Counted from the first letter of the stretch, positions 17,587-28,259 are shown. The stretch: DNA of 32,000 nucleotides from Armatimonadota bacterium (GCA_035528905.1 DATKXU010000002.1:56441-88440); one strand, 5' to 3'. Translations and numbers: made by a program. The notes: generated by a model not told the origin, from the letters alone.

Positions 17587-17619
17587 GGCGCTTTGTGCGT
17601 GCAGAGGCCCGGCCTTTCG

Positions 17620-17628
17620 TGCTATAAT
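17620..17628 (+). promoter_or_regulatory. Extended -10 promoter element TGCTATAAT for ogt (near-leaderless)
   Basis: TGc + TATAAT at 17620-17628. The ATG at 17639 is 10 nt downstream and has no SD. Confidence 0.5.
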
Positions 17629-17638
17629 AGGCCCGGAC

Positions 17639-18139
17639 ATGGCGGGCGTATACTACGTTTTCGAGACCCGGCTCGGGTGGGTCGGCATCGCGGGCGCCGA
17701 TGGAGGAATCCAACGCCTGGTACTGCCTTTGCCCAGCAAGCGCCAGGCTGAAAAGGCCGTCAAGGAAGGAATGCGGGAGCAACTCGTGGAATCAAAGCAT
17801 GACTTCTCCGGCGAGGCGGCGCGGCTTCGAGCGTATTTCCGCGGCGAGCGGGTAAAGTTCAAGTGTGAAGTAGATGCAGCGGGTTCGAGCGCCTTCGACC
17901 GGCGGGTCTGGGCCGCCGCGCGCGAGATCGGATACGGGCGGGTTGAGACTTATGGGTGGATCGCGGCGCGGATCGGACAGCCTCACGCGGCGAGGGCGGT
18001 CGGCCAGGCGCTCGGCAGGAACCCGGTGCCGATAATCGTGCCCTGCCACCGGGTCATTCGCTCGGATGGGCGCTTGGGCGGCTTCAGCGCCGGCCTTGAA
18101 TGGAAGATCAGACTGCTGGATATGGAAAAACACGCTTAG
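17639..18139 (+). CDS. ogt: Methylated-DNA--protein-cysteine methyltransferase
   Basis: 166 aa. Active-site PCHRVI (IIVPCHRVIRSDGRLGGFSAG). YGWIAARIGQPHAARAVGQALGRNP DNA-binding wing. Confidence 0.92.
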   Translation: MAGVYYVFETRLGWVGIAGADGGIQRLVLPLPSKRQAEKAVKEGMREQLVESKHDFSGEAARLRAYFRGERVKFKCEVDAAGSSAFDRRVWAAAREIGYGRVETYGWIAARIGQPHAARAVGQALGRNPVPIIVPCHRVIRSDGRLGGFSAGLEWKIRLLDMEKHA

Positions 18140-18151
18140 GGGCGGCTCAGC

Positions 18152-18517
18152 ATGAAGGGTTTGCTGATCAGGTGGGTCGTCAGCGCCATCGCGCTGTACG
18201 CGACCGCTCTTTTGGCAAACATGCTGCACATCGGTATCAAGGTTGGTGGAGCGGGCTCGGCTTTGGTGGTGGTCGTCGCGCTGGCGATCGTAAATGCGCT
18301 GATCCGGCCGCTGGTCATAGCCCTGACGCTGCCGCTGAACTGCCTGACCCTGGGCTTGCTGACTTTCGTGATAAACGCGCTGATGTTCTGGCTGGTGGGA
18401 AGCGGATGGCTCCGGGGATTCAAGGTTGAAGGCTTCTGGGCGGCGATGTTCGGCTCGGTCATGATGGGGATCATATCCGGGCTGGCGAACAGCCTGATCG
18501 GACCCAAGGAACAGTAG
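18152..18517 (+). CDS. DUF360 / phage-holin-4_2 family integral membrane protein
   Basis: 121 aa with four hydrophobic helices. Family-typical LIRWVVSAIALY...ALVVVVALAIVNALIRPLVIALTLPLNCLTLGLLTFVINALMFWLV...GFKVEGFW. Confidence 0.8.
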   Translation: MKGLLIRWVVSAIALYATALLANMLHIGIKVGGAGSALVVVVALAIVNALIRPLVIALTLPLNCLTLGLLTFVINALMFWLVGSGWLRGFKVEGFWAAMFGSVMMGIISGLANSLIGPKEQ

Positions 18518-18528
18518 CGGGGAAACAG

Positions 18529-18717
18529 GTGTGGGAGTGTGGGGGTGACTGCGAGACGGGGAGAAATGGAGAACATCCAATCCGCCGCGGCGGAAAAGTC
18601 CAACGCTCAACGTCCAACTTCGAACTCCCAACCTGCAACCTGAAACTCGGAACCTGGAACCCTGGATCCCTTCCCTTGCGTAATACGCATCACGATCCAT
18701 GAGCACGAGTAGGAGTA
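18529..18717. repeat. Second mosaic of short tandem-repeat blocks, ending in the same 27-nt box as 17537-17563
   Basis: gtgtggga/gtgtgggg (18529-18544). 14-nt perfect palindrome tccgccgcggcgga (18581-18594). tcNaac-type units (18598-18632). aacctgc/aacctga/aactcgg/aacctgg/aaccctgg (18630-18665). Box cacgatccatgagcacgagtaggagta (18691-18717), 25/27 identical to 17537-17563. Its AGGAG serves as the rapZ SD. Confidence 0.85.
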
Positions 18718-18720
18718 GAA

Positions 18721-19581
18721 ATGCAACTTGTGATCGTCACAGGCATGTCCGGCGCGGGCAAGACGCTCGCAATCCGGGCGTTCGAGGACCTCGGCTTCTT
18801 CTGTGTGGACAACTTGCCACCGAAGCTCCTGCCTGATCTGAGGAAGCTTTGCGAGCGCAGTGAGGCGAAGAACGAGAACATAGCAGCCGTGGTTGATGTC
18901 CGCTCGGGAGAGCTGTTCGACGGACTCGTTCGGACATACCCGAAGATACGGGATGGGTACAAGCGCGCGCGGCTGCTATTCTTAGATGCATCCGATGAAG
19001 TGCTCATCCAGCGATTCAAGGAGACCAGGCGCCGGCATCCGCTGTTCGACCGTTGCCACGGGATACTCGACAGCATCGCCACCGAGCGCAAAATACTCGT
19101 AGACCTCAAGGAACTGGCCGACAAGGTCATTGATACGTCCGACCTCGATCCCGGCAAGCTCAAATCCGAAATCGTGACATACTTCGGCACCGACAGCGCC
19201 AATGCGGGGCTGATTATCACAGTTACCTCCTTCGGGTTCAAATATGGCTTGCCGCTGGATGCGGATATCGTACTCGACGTGCGATTCCTCATCAACCCGC
19301 ACTACGTCCAGGACTTCCGAACCTTCGACGGACGGGATCAGCCCGTCTATGAATACGTGATGAAGGATGCGAGAACTCGCGAGTTCATGCAGAAGCTCTA
19401 TGATCTTGTAGATTTCTCGCTGCCCCAGTACGAAAACGAGGGTAAAGCGTATTTGAACATCGCAATCGGGTGCACCGGCGGGCAGCACAGGTCGGTTGTG
19501 ATTGCGAACGAACTCGCGGACTTCTTGGAGCATAAGGGCTACCGCACCATAATCGAGCACCGCGATGTCACAAAGCGCTAG
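18721..19581 (+). CDS. rapZ: RNase adapter / nucleotide-binding protein RapZ (YvcJ family)
   Basis: 286 aa. MQLVIVTGMSGAGKTLAIRAFEDLGFFCVDNLPP, C-terminal IAIGCTGGQHRSV. Confidence 0.93.
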   Translation: MQLVIVTGMSGAGKTLAIRAFEDLGFFCVDNLPPKLLPDLRKLCERSEAKNENIAAVVDVRSGELFDGLVRTYPKIRDGYKRARLLFLDASDEVLIQRFKETRRRHPLFDRCHGILDSIATERKILVDLKELADKVIDTSDLDPGKLKSEIVTYFGTDSANAGLIITVTSFGFKYGLPLDADIVLDVRFLINPHYVQDFRTFDGRDQPVYEYVMKDARTREFMQKLYDLVDFSLPQYENEGKAYLNIAIGCTGGQHRSVVIANELADFLEHKGYRTIIEHRDVTKR

Positions 19582-19586
19582 AAGCT

Positions 19587-20915
19587 GTGGAGAGTAATAT
19601 GAGCCGGCTCAGAAGCACGGTCAAATGGTTGTATCCGGGAATGCGGGTAAAGCGGTGGCTGCTGCTGACTCCGTTTGGTGTGCTTCTGGTCATAATGGGC
19701 GTTGGCCTCCTGGCCAATGTGCGGGTCTTCGACTACCTGGAAGCCATCGCGGTTCCAGTGGCGAAGTACATCAATATCAACATCGCAGAGCCGGGGGTCT
19801 ACATCCCGATCTCGATTGTGGCAATTCTCCTCGGCCTGGTGCTGATTTTCGTGAGCTTCCGCCAGGTTATCGGCTCGATCGCCAGTGTGATCAGCCCAAC
19901 CCATAAAGGCCGGCTTGCCGATGTCATTTACCAGCAGCGGTACCTGGCTCAAGGGCACAGAATGGTGGTCATCGGCGGCGGCACAGGCCTTTCGACGCTG
20001 CTCCGCGGCCTGAAGGAGCAGACGAGCAACATCGTTGCAGTCGTCACCGTGACCGACGATGGTGGAAGCTCAGGCAGGCTGCAGCGCCAGCTCGGAATGC
20101 TCCCGGCGGGCGATATTCGGAACTGCATTGTCGCCCTAGCCGACGAGGAGACCCTGATGACCGAGCTCTTCCAGCACAGGTTCAGCGATGCTGGGGAGGA
20201 GTTGTCAGGGCATTCGTTCGGCAATCTGCTGATCGCGGCGATGACCAGTATTACCGGAGATTTCGAACGCGCCGTAAAGGAGAGCAGCAAAGTCCTCGCT
20301 ATCCGTGGACGTGTTCTGCCCTCGACTATCGAGAACGTCTCCCTACAGGCCGAGCTGGCAGATGGGTCGTCGGTGGATGGTGAAACAACGATAGCGAAAT
20401 CGTCACAGCCGATCCGGCGCTTGTCGCTGGTTCCGCCGGACGTCAAGCCTCTGCAAGAGGCGCTGGATGCCATACATCTTGCCAATGCAATTGTCATCGG
20501 CCCCGGAAGCGTCTATACCAGCGTGATCCCCAACTTGCTGGTGGAAGGTGTCGTGGATGCAATAGCCGCTTCGCACGCGGTCAAGATCTATGTGTGCAAC
20601 GTGATGACCCAGCCCGGCGAGACGGACCACTTCCGAGCGTCGGATCACGTCAAAGCTGTCGAGGAACACAGCGGCAAGCGTATCTTCAACTACGTCGTTG
20701 TGAACAAGGAAGTCCCCTCGATGCGGCTCCTCGAGAAATACCACAAGGAAGGCGCAGAATTGGTAGCGCCGGATGTGGACGTGATACGGGAAATGGGGTA
20801 TAGACCGATCACGGGAAACTTCATCAGCCAGACCGATGTAGTGCGGCATGACCCGCAGAAGCTGGGGCAGGCGATACTTCGGCTGGTCTTCGAGAAGTCC
20901 TTCCTGCCTAGGTAG
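19587..20915 (+). CDS. yvcK: YvcK/CofD-family (UPF0052, gluconeogenesis-factor) protein with a ~110-aa N-terminal two-TM extension
   Basis: VVIGGGTGLSTLLRGLK...NIVAVVTVTDDGGSSGRL...GDIRNC...GHSFGNLLIAAM...IVIGPGSVYTSVIPNL. N-terminal helices WLLLTPFGVLLVIMGVGLLANV and IPISIVAILLGLVLIFVSF. The start is GTG 19587 or ATG 19599. Confidence 0.9.
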   Translation: MESNMSRLRSTVKWLYPGMRVKRWLLLTPFGVLLVIMGVGLLANVRVFDYLEAIAVPVAKYININIAEPGVYIPISIVAILLGLVLIFVSFRQVIGSIASVISPTHKGRLADVIYQQRYLAQGHRMVVIGGGTGLSTLLRGLKEQTSNIVAVVTVTDDGGSSGRLQRQLGMLPAGDIRNCIVALADEETLMTELFQHRFSDAGEELSGHSFGNLLIAAMTSITGDFERAVKESSKVLAIRGRVLPSTIENVSLQAELADGSSVDGETTIAKSSQPIRRLSLVPPDVKPLQEALDAIHLANAIVIGPGSVYTSVIPNLLVEGVVDAIAASHAVKIYVCNVMTQPGETDHFRASDHVKAVEEHSGKRIFNYVVVNKEVPSMRLLEKYHKEGAELVAPDVDVIREMGYRPITGNFISQTDVVRHDPQKLGQAILRLVFEKSFLPR

Positions 20916-20922
20916 CAAAGCC

Positions 20923-20952
20923 TTGACACAGGCAGCCCTGCCAGTTTAGAAT
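20923..20952 (+). promoter_or_regulatory. Sigma-70-type promoter TTGACA-18-TAGAAT for gap-pgk-tpiA
   Basis: TTGACA at 20923-20928, an 18-nt spacer, TAGAAT at 20947-20952. The ~115-nt leader contains a 9-bp stem, tccgccgcc (20960-20968) with ggcggcgga (21004-21012). Confidence 0.6.
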
Positions 20953-21071
20953 ACATTGATCCGCCGCCTGCTTGCGCCCCTTGGAGGGCAGGGATTCTAC
21001 GGCGGCGGCGGACCTTCACACGGACGCAGCCAAGTCTCGAAATAAACACCGCACAAAAGGAGGTTCATCTA

Positions 21072-22085
21072 GTGGCTGTTCGAGTTGGGATCAACGGTTT
21101 TGGGCGCATAGGCCGCCTCACACTGCGGGCTATTCTGGAGCAATATCCAGACGAGATCGAGGTAGTGGCATTGAACGATCTCGTGGATGCTCGAACCAAC
21201 GCGCATCTGTTCAAGTACGATTCGAGCTACGGGATCTTCCCGGGCCAGGTCACCTTCGAAGAGAAGGACATAGTCGTCAATGGCAAGAAGATCTACGTGT
21301 ATGCTGAAAAGGAGCCTGCGAGTATCCCATGGGGCGAGCGCGGCGTCCAGGTCGTTGTAGAATCAACGGGAATATTCACCGACGCCAACAAGGCTGAGGC
21401 GCACCTGCGGGACAGCGTCAAGAAAGTCATCATCACCGCGCCGGCTAAGAATGAGGACGTGACGATCGTCCTCGGCGTCAACGACGATATGTACGAGCCG
21501 GCAAACCACACTATCGTATCGAACGCCTCATGCACCACGAATTGCCTCGCGCCGATTGCCAAGGTCCTGCAGGACAGCTTTGGGATAGTCAAGGGGTTCA
21601 TGACGACGGTTCATGCATACACGAACGATCAGAGAGTGCAGGACCAGGCCCACAAGGACCTGCGCAGGGCCAGGGCTGCGGGTTTGAGCATCATCCCGAC
21701 TACCACCGGCGCTGCTAAGGCTATCTCGCTGGTCATCCCGGAGCTGAAGGGCAAGATGCACGGCTTAGCGCTTCGCGTCCCGACTGCGACAGTCTCGCTG
21801 GTTGACCTGGTAGTGCAGTTGGAGAAGGAAACCTCTGAGCAGGGGATCAACGATGCGATGAAGGCAGCCGCGGATGGCAAGATGAAGGGCTACCTTGGCG
21901 TGTGCGAGGAACCGCTCGTCTCGGTTGATTTCAAGGGCAACGCGCTCTCTTCCATCTTGGACGCGGCTTCCACTCTGGTGCTCGGCGGAAACATGGCCAA
22001 GGTGCTCGCCTGGTATGACAATGAGTGGGGCTACTCGTGCCGCGTGGCTGATATGATTGACTTCATGGTGAAGAAGGGGCTTTAG
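21072..22085 (+). CDS. gap: Glyceraldehyde-3-phosphate dehydrogenase (type I)
   Basis: 337 aa. GTG start after an [21 protein letters not shown], active site [21 protein letters not shown]. Confidence 0.97.
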   Translation: MAVRVGINGFGRIGRLTLRAILEQYPDEIEVVALNDLVDARTNAHLFKYDSSYGIFPGQVTFEEKDIVVNGKKIYVYAEKEPASIPWGERGVQVVVESTGIFTDANKAEAHLRDSVKKVIITAPAKNEDVTIVLGVNDDMYEPANHTIVSNASCTTNCLAPIAKVLQDSFGIVKGFMTTVHAYTNDQRVQDQAHKDLRRARAAGLSIIPTTTGAAKAISLVIPELKGKMHGLALRVPTATVSLVDLVVQLEKETSEQGINDAMKAAADGKMKGYLGVCEEPLVSVDFKGNALSSILDAASTLVLGGNMAKVLAWYDNEWGYSCRVADMIDFMVKKGL

Positions 22086-22198
22086 GAGACTACGCAGGCA
22101 TAGCGAAAAAGCCGTTAAGCGATACAGCGAAGGGCCAGGGAGAACTGCCTAGCAGCGTGGCTTTACCTGGCCCTCAATTCCGTGCAAGGGGGTTACTT

Positions 22199-23380
22199 AT
22201 GAACAAGAAAACGGTAGAGGATATGGACGTCGCGGGCAAGCGTGTCCTCGTCCGTGTGGACTTCAACGTTCCACTGGACGAGAACGGGAAGATCACAGAC
22301 GACACACGGATCAAGGCAGCGCTGCCCACCATCCAGTACCTGATTGATCACAATGCGAGGATAATCCTCGTATCTCACCTGGGCCGTCCCAAAGGCGTGA
22401 CGGATAACCTGCGGATGGATCCCGTTGCGAAGCGGCTATCCGAGCTTCTTGGCAGGCCCGTGAAGAAGGCCGGTGACGTGATCGGCCCGGACGTCGAGGC
22501 AGCGGTGAACGCCCTGTCTCCGGGCGGCATAGTTCTTCTGGAGAATGTGAGGTTCCACGCCGAGGAAGAAGCCAACGATCCCGAATTTGCGAGGAAGCTG
22601 GCGTCTCTGGGTGAGATTTACGTGAACGATGCGTTCGGAACGGCCCATCGAGCGCACGCGTCCACAGAGGGCGTGGCTCATGACCTGCCGGCCGTCTCCG
22701 GGTTTCTGATGCAGAAGGAGATAGACTATCTGAGCAAGGCAATCACCAATCCCGATCGGCCCTATGTCGCTGTCCTGGGCGGCGCCAAGGTAGCCGACAA
22801 GATACCGGTGATCGAGAACTTGATTGACAAAGTGGACGTTCTCCTAATCGGCGGCGGTATGGCCTACACGTTCCTGAAGGCCAAGGGATACGAGGTCGGC
22901 AAGTCTCTGCTGGACGAGAACAGCCTTGGTGTAGTGAAGGAGCAGATGGAGAAGGCGGCGGCCAAGGGCATAAAGTTCGAGCTACCGGATGATGTCCTGG
23001 TGGCGGACAGGCTGGCTCCGGACGCCAGTACTAAGGTGGTACCCGTCTCACAGATTCCTGCCGGTTGGATGGGACTGGACATAGGCCCGAAGACGAGCGA
23101 GAGATTCCGCGACTACATACTTCAGGCCGGCACAGTAGTCTGGAACGGGCCGATGGGCGTATTTGAGATGCAGCCGTTCGCAGCGGGCACGAGAGCTGTC
23201 GCGCAGGCAATGGCGGATTCCAAGGCGGTCACTATCGTAGGAGGCGGAGACTCTGCCGCTGCCGTCGAGCAGATGGGCTTCGCCGACAGAATGTCTCACG
23301 TCTCGACCGGCGGCGGCGCCTCCCTCGAGTTCCTCGAAGGCAAGGAGCTCCCCGGCGTGGTAGCCTTGAACGACAAATAG
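22199..23380 (+). CDS. pgk: Phosphoglycerate kinase
   Basis: ATG 22199 ([25 protein letters not shown]) is preceded by AAGGGGG. The track's GTG 22157 lies inside an intergenic stem-loop. [28 protein letters not shown]. Confidence 0.96.
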   Translation: MNKKTVEDMDVAGKRVLVRVDFNVPLDENGKITDDTRIKAALPTIQYLIDHNARIILVSHLGRPKGVTDNLRMDPVAKRLSELLGRPVKKAGDVIGPDVEAAVNALSPGGIVLLENVRFHAEEEANDPEFARKLASLGEIYVNDAFGTAHRAHASTEGVAHDLPAVSGFLMQKEIDYLSKAITNPDRPYVAVLGGAKVADKIPVIENLIDKVDVLLIGGGMAYTFLKAKGYEVGKSLLDENSLGVVKEQMEKAAAKGIKFELPDDVLVADRLAPDASTKVVPVSQIPAGWMGLDIGPKTSERFRDYILQAGTVVWNGPMGVFEMQPFAAGTRAVAQAMADSKAVTIVGGGDSAAAVEQMGFADRMSHVSTGGGASLEFLEGKELPGVVALNDK

Positions 23381-23399
23381 GAAAGGGAATCTCGCAACT

Positions 23400-24197
23400 A
23401 TGCGTTTACCACTTATTGCTGGCAATTGGAAGATGCACAAGACCGTCGGGGAGTCTAGGGACTTCGTCGAGAACCTGCGCGGCGAGGTCGCGGGGGTCAA
23501 GAATGCTGAGATCATCGTCTGCCCGCCTTACACCGCGCTTTATGAGGTGGCGCGCAGGCTGATGGGATCCAACATCGGCCTGGGCGCACAGGACGTTTTC
23601 TGGAAGGAGCAGGGCGCGTACACAGGGCAGATATCGCCGAGAATGCTGCTCGACGTCGGGTGTACGCACACCATCATAGGCCACTCGGAGACTCGCGGCA
23701 GATTCGGCAAGGCGGAGGAGGGAACGACTCCCGCGCTGATGGCGCACTTTGCCGACTCTGATGAGACCGTCAATGCGAAACTTCACGCGGCACTGGCTGC
23801 TGGGTTGACGCCCATAGTCTGTGTCGGCGAGACGATAGACGAGCGCAAGGCAGGGCGGACGGACGACGTGATCCGAACACAGGTGGAAAAGGGCCTCGCC
23901 GGGCTGAACGCCGAGCAGGCGGCCGGAATGGTCATCGCCTACGAGCCGGTCTGGGCTATCGGAACTGGAGAGGTGTGCGACGTGCCTGAGGCAAACCGCG
24001 TCTGCGGCATGATCCGCTCGATCATCCGATCGGTTTTCGGCGACGAGGCCGCGGACGGCATCAGGATTCAGTACGGAGGCAGCGTGAAGCCTGACAATGC
24101 TGAGGAACTCCTGCGGCAGCCCGAGATAGACGGCGCGCTCGTCGGCGGCGCGAGCCTCAAAGTTCCCGATTTCGTCGCCATTATCCGCTCTGTCTAG
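23400..24197 (+). CDS. tpiA: Triose-phosphate isomerase
   Basis: 265 aa. IAGNWKMH, IIGHSETR, AYEPVWAIGTG, YGGSVKP. Confidence 0.96.
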   Translation: MRLPLIAGNWKMHKTVGESRDFVENLRGEVAGVKNAEIIVCPPYTALYEVARRLMGSNIGLGAQDVFWKEQGAYTGQISPRMLLDVGCTHTIIGHSETRGRFGKAEEGTTPALMAHFADSDETVNAKLHAALAAGLTPIVCVGETIDERKAGRTDDVIRTQVEKGLAGLNAEQAAGMVIAYEPVWAIGTGEVCDVPEANRVCGMIRSIIRSVFGDEAADGIRIQYGGSVKPDNAEELLRQPEIDGALVGGASLKVPDFVAIIRSV

Positions 24198-24256
24198 CAC
24201 TACCTCAGAACTTTGCAGGTTCTGGGAGAGGGCCAGGGTGAGGAGCCGGTCGCGAC

Positions 24257-25072
24257 ATGGGTGAAATACGCATCGGAACCTCCGGGTTCAGCTACGACGA
24301 CTGGCGGGGTTTCTTCTACCCGAAGGACATTCAGAAGGGCGACATGCTCGGCTACTACGCTGAGCGGTTCTCGGCCGTGGAGGTGAATTCGTCCTTCTAT
24401 GCCATCCTATCAGCGTCCGCGTTCGCTCGCATGGCGGAGAAGACACCGAAGTCGTTCGAGTTTGTCGTCAAAGCCTACAAGGACCTGACGCACGCGCCGG
24501 ACGTAGACCTCAGCGCCTTCGAGCCGTTCGTCTCGGTCTTGGCGCCATTGGTCGAAGTTGGAAAGCTGGGCTGTGTGCTTGCACAATATCCCTGGAGCTT
24601 CAAGAGAGAAAAAAAGAACTTCGACAGGCTCCGGCAGCTTAGGGAGCAGTTTGGCGAGCTCCCTGTGGTTGTGGAGTTCCGGAACGCGGGTTGGGTAGGG
24701 GAGGAGACGTTTGACTTCCTGAGAGAGCACAGTCTGGGCTTCTGCTGTGTAGACGAGCCGCGTCTGAGAGGTCTGATGCCGCCCGTTGCGGTGGCGACTT
24801 GCCCCGTGGGTTACGTGCGCTTCCACGGGCGAAATGTCGAGAAATGGTGGCAGCACGAAGAGGCCTGGCAGCGGTACGATTACCTGTACTCCTCGAGCGA
24901 GTTGAGCGAGTGGATTCCGAAGGTGCGGGAGCTCGCATCTGCCACTGAGAAGACGTATCTCTTCTTCAACAATCACTATCAGGGCAAATCGGCCCAGAAC
25001 GCGCAGATGTTTGCGGGAATGCTCCGCCTGATGGAAGTCCAGGGCGACGAAGCGGACTTGCCGCCGAGCTAG
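24257..25072 (+). CDS. DUF72 (YecE-like) family protein
   Basis: 271 aa. Family-typical N-terminus IRIGTSGFSYDDWRGFFYP, plus VEFRNAGW and RFHGRN. Confidence 0.85.
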   Translation: MGEIRIGTSGFSYDDWRGFFYPKDIQKGDMLGYYAERFSAVEVNSSFYAILSASAFARMAEKTPKSFEFVVKAYKDLTHAPDVDLSAFEPFVSVLAPLVEVGKLGCVLAQYPWSFKREKKNFDRLRQLREQFGELPVVVEFRNAGWVGEETFDFLREHSLGFCCVDEPRLRGLMPPVAVATCPVGYVRFHGRNVEKWWQHEEAWQRYDYLYSSSELSEWIPKVRELASATEKTYLFFNNHYQGKSAQNAQMFAGMLRLMEVQGDEADLPPS

Positions 25073-25122
25073 ATCGAGCGAGTACTTGCGCAACTTCGGC
25101 CGTATAGTGTATCATTCACAGG

Positions 25123-25149
25123 TTGGCACTCGTTCACGGCGAGTGCTAG
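25123..25149 (+). promoter_or_regulatory. CIRCE operator (HrcA-binding inverted repeat) upstream of groES
   Basis: TTGGCACTC-N9-GAGTGCTAG, compared with the consensus TTAGCACTC-N9-GAGTGCTAA. It lies 34 nt upstream of the groES start. Confidence 0.9.
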
Positions 25150-25182
25150 AGCTGTGTCAAATCGAACGGAGGTGGATAGACG

Positions 25183-25467
25183 TTGCTTAAACCATTAGAT
25201 GATCGGATCGTCATCAAGCCGACAGCAGCGGAGGAAGTCACCAAGGGCGGGATCGTCCTGCCGGACGCTGCGCAGGAACGCCCGCAGGAGGGCGAGGTCA
25301 TCGCAGTCGGCACAGGGAAGGTTCTCGAGACCGGCGCGAAGGTGCCCATGGAGGTTAAAGTGGGCGACAAGATCATCTACTCAAAGTATGGCGGGACCGA
25401 AGTAAAAATCGGCGGCGAAGAGTACGTAATTCTCAGGCAGGATGACGTGCTTGCCGTTTCGGAATAG
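25183..25467 (+). CDS. groES: Co-chaperonin GroES
   Basis: 94 aa. TTG start 7 nt after [20 protein letters not shown]...KGGIVLPD...GEVIAVG. Confidence 0.96.
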   Translation: MLKPLDDRIVIKPTAAEEVTKGGIVLPDAAQERPQEGEVIAVGTGKVLETGAKVPMEVKVGDKIIYSKYGGTEVKIGGEEYVILRQDDVLAVSE

Positions 25468-27105
<1,638 letters not shown>

Positions 27106-27200
27106 TCCGACGCAGACGAGCGCAAGAAGAACTTCCGTCGTGGGGAGAAAGGACAAAGCGAGAGCATGCTATTGAGGTGCTCCCCAGAATCAGTACCACC

Positions 27201-27406
27201 TGAAGTGTGAGGATCCGGTAAGATAGACAAGGAGGATTCTTGCATGAAGGGTAAGCGGTATACGGAAGAGCACATCATCAACATGCTGAGGGAGTCGGCT
27301 TCGGATACTGACGGTCCTAGATGAGTACACGAGGGAGAGCCTGGCGATAGGGGTAGGCCGATCGGTGTCGGCGCAGTTCTTGTTTATGAGCTCAGGCAAG
27401 AACTGA
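27201..27406 (+). mobile_element. IS3-family insertion-sequence relic: left end, a 26-aa OrfA stub and a frame-shifted 29-aa OrfB fragment
   Basis: TGAAGTG... at 27201 resembles IS3-family terminal repeats. ATG 27244 encodes MKGKRYTEEHIINMLRES (OrfA HTH N-terminus) and is stopped at 27322. In another frame, 27317-27406 encodes LDEYTRESLAIGVGRSVSA (the DDE-core region motif xDxxxREcLAI). Most of the element is deleted, and I found no right inverted repeat. Confidence 0.7.
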
Positions 27407-27414
27407 CTGCGAGT

Positions 27415-27648
27415 GTGGTGTTTGCCAGAAAGCCTGACCTGCGGGAGATCGACCGTATCCTGAAGGGGCTCGGCATAACAAGTAAGGCGGTTCGAGACAT
27501 TATCCATCGCGAAATCTGGAAGGGACACTACACGCTTGAGGAGATCGAGGAAATAGCTGAGGATATAGGTAAGTTGATCACTAAAGGCGGTAAGCCACAC
27601 CCAGAAGGAGGAGAGCCAGAAAACCCAGATGGAGGAGGAGAAGAATAG
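27415..27648 (+). CDS. Hypothetical 77-aa protein, possibly the C-terminal remnant of a gene truncated by the IS
   Basis: GTG start with no clear SD. The frame is open upstream into the IS relic. KPDLREIDRILKGLGITSKAVRDIIHREIWKGHYTLEEIEEIAEDIGK plus an acidic Gly/Pro/Glu tail. Codon pattern looks coding. Confidence 0.4.
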   Translation: MVFARKPDLREIDRILKGLGITSKAVRDIIHREIWKGHYTLEEIEEIAEDIGKLITKGGKPHPEGGEPENPDGGGEE

Positions 27649-27720
27649 CCCATGTCTTCCATAGTGGTACCACCATACTAGTAGATTCTTGCTCGGCCGT
27701 ACACGTGCATCTGGTAAATC

Positions 27721-28152
27721 ATGTCTACGATCAATCAGGACGAACTCAGAGCGGCGCTCGATATGGCTATCAATGGCAAGCTTGTTGTCCAGAACTGGCT
27801 GGGTTATGCCAATGTTCTTTTTCTCGGCTTCGGCGATGAAGTTCTGCCGCGTGTCCCGGCTGGTGAGAGCCCCGCTTGGTCCCCGTATGAGCTGGAGACG
27901 AATTACGCCGACTGGTCTGTTGAGAATGAAAAGGGGATTGTTGGCACAGCAGATGATGAGCGCGCAAAGGCGCTGGCGGCTGTTGAACTTCTTGTCGGCC
28001 ACCGTGCAACCGGCTGGGCTTTTGGAGACACGCTATTCTGCTTGGTCGTCTATTTTGAAGGTGGATTTAAACTCAAGATCACCCCTATGGCGGACGCATT
28101 GACCGACGAGGAAATCCTGCGCAGGAATGGCGGGTTTGGAAGCGACAACTAG
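27721..28152 (+). CDS. Hypothetical 143-aa cytoplasmic protein (immunity-protein-like small beta-rich pattern)
   Basis: Chosen over the overlapping Arg/Ser-rich 27689 frame. Two-part pattern NGKLVVQNWLGYANVLFLGFGD...YELETNYADWSVE ... LLVGHRATGWAFGDTLFCLVVYFEGGFKLKITP. Weak SD. Confidence 0.55.
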   Translation: MSTINQDELRAALDMAINGKLVVQNWLGYANVLFLGFGDEVLPRVPAGESPAWSPYELETNYADWSVENEKGIVGTADDERAKALAAVELLVGHRATGWAFGDTLFCLVVYFEGGFKLKITPMADALTDEEILRRNGGFGSDN

Positions 28153-28259
28153 GTGGGAGGGAACCGACGGCCCTGGAGATAATAGAGAAAGCGGAAGAGA
28201 CTCTCCAAAAATATGGAAAGCAGCTCTACCCATAAGAATCGGTTAAGGAGGGATTTGGG

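Noticed and set aside
22157-22198. GTG 22157 as the pgk start, as in the ORF track.
   Set aside because: The extension [14 protein letters not shown] is not PGK-like and lies inside the 22131-22174 stem-loop. ATG 22199 has an AAGGGGG SD and gives the canonical N-terminus.
27190-28002. A 270-aa minus-strand ORF across the IS relic and two small + strand ORFs.
   Set aside because: It runs antisense through the recognisable IS3 OrfA/OrfB fragments, has no SD, and its composition is not protein-like. The + strand reading gives recognisable transposase motifs.
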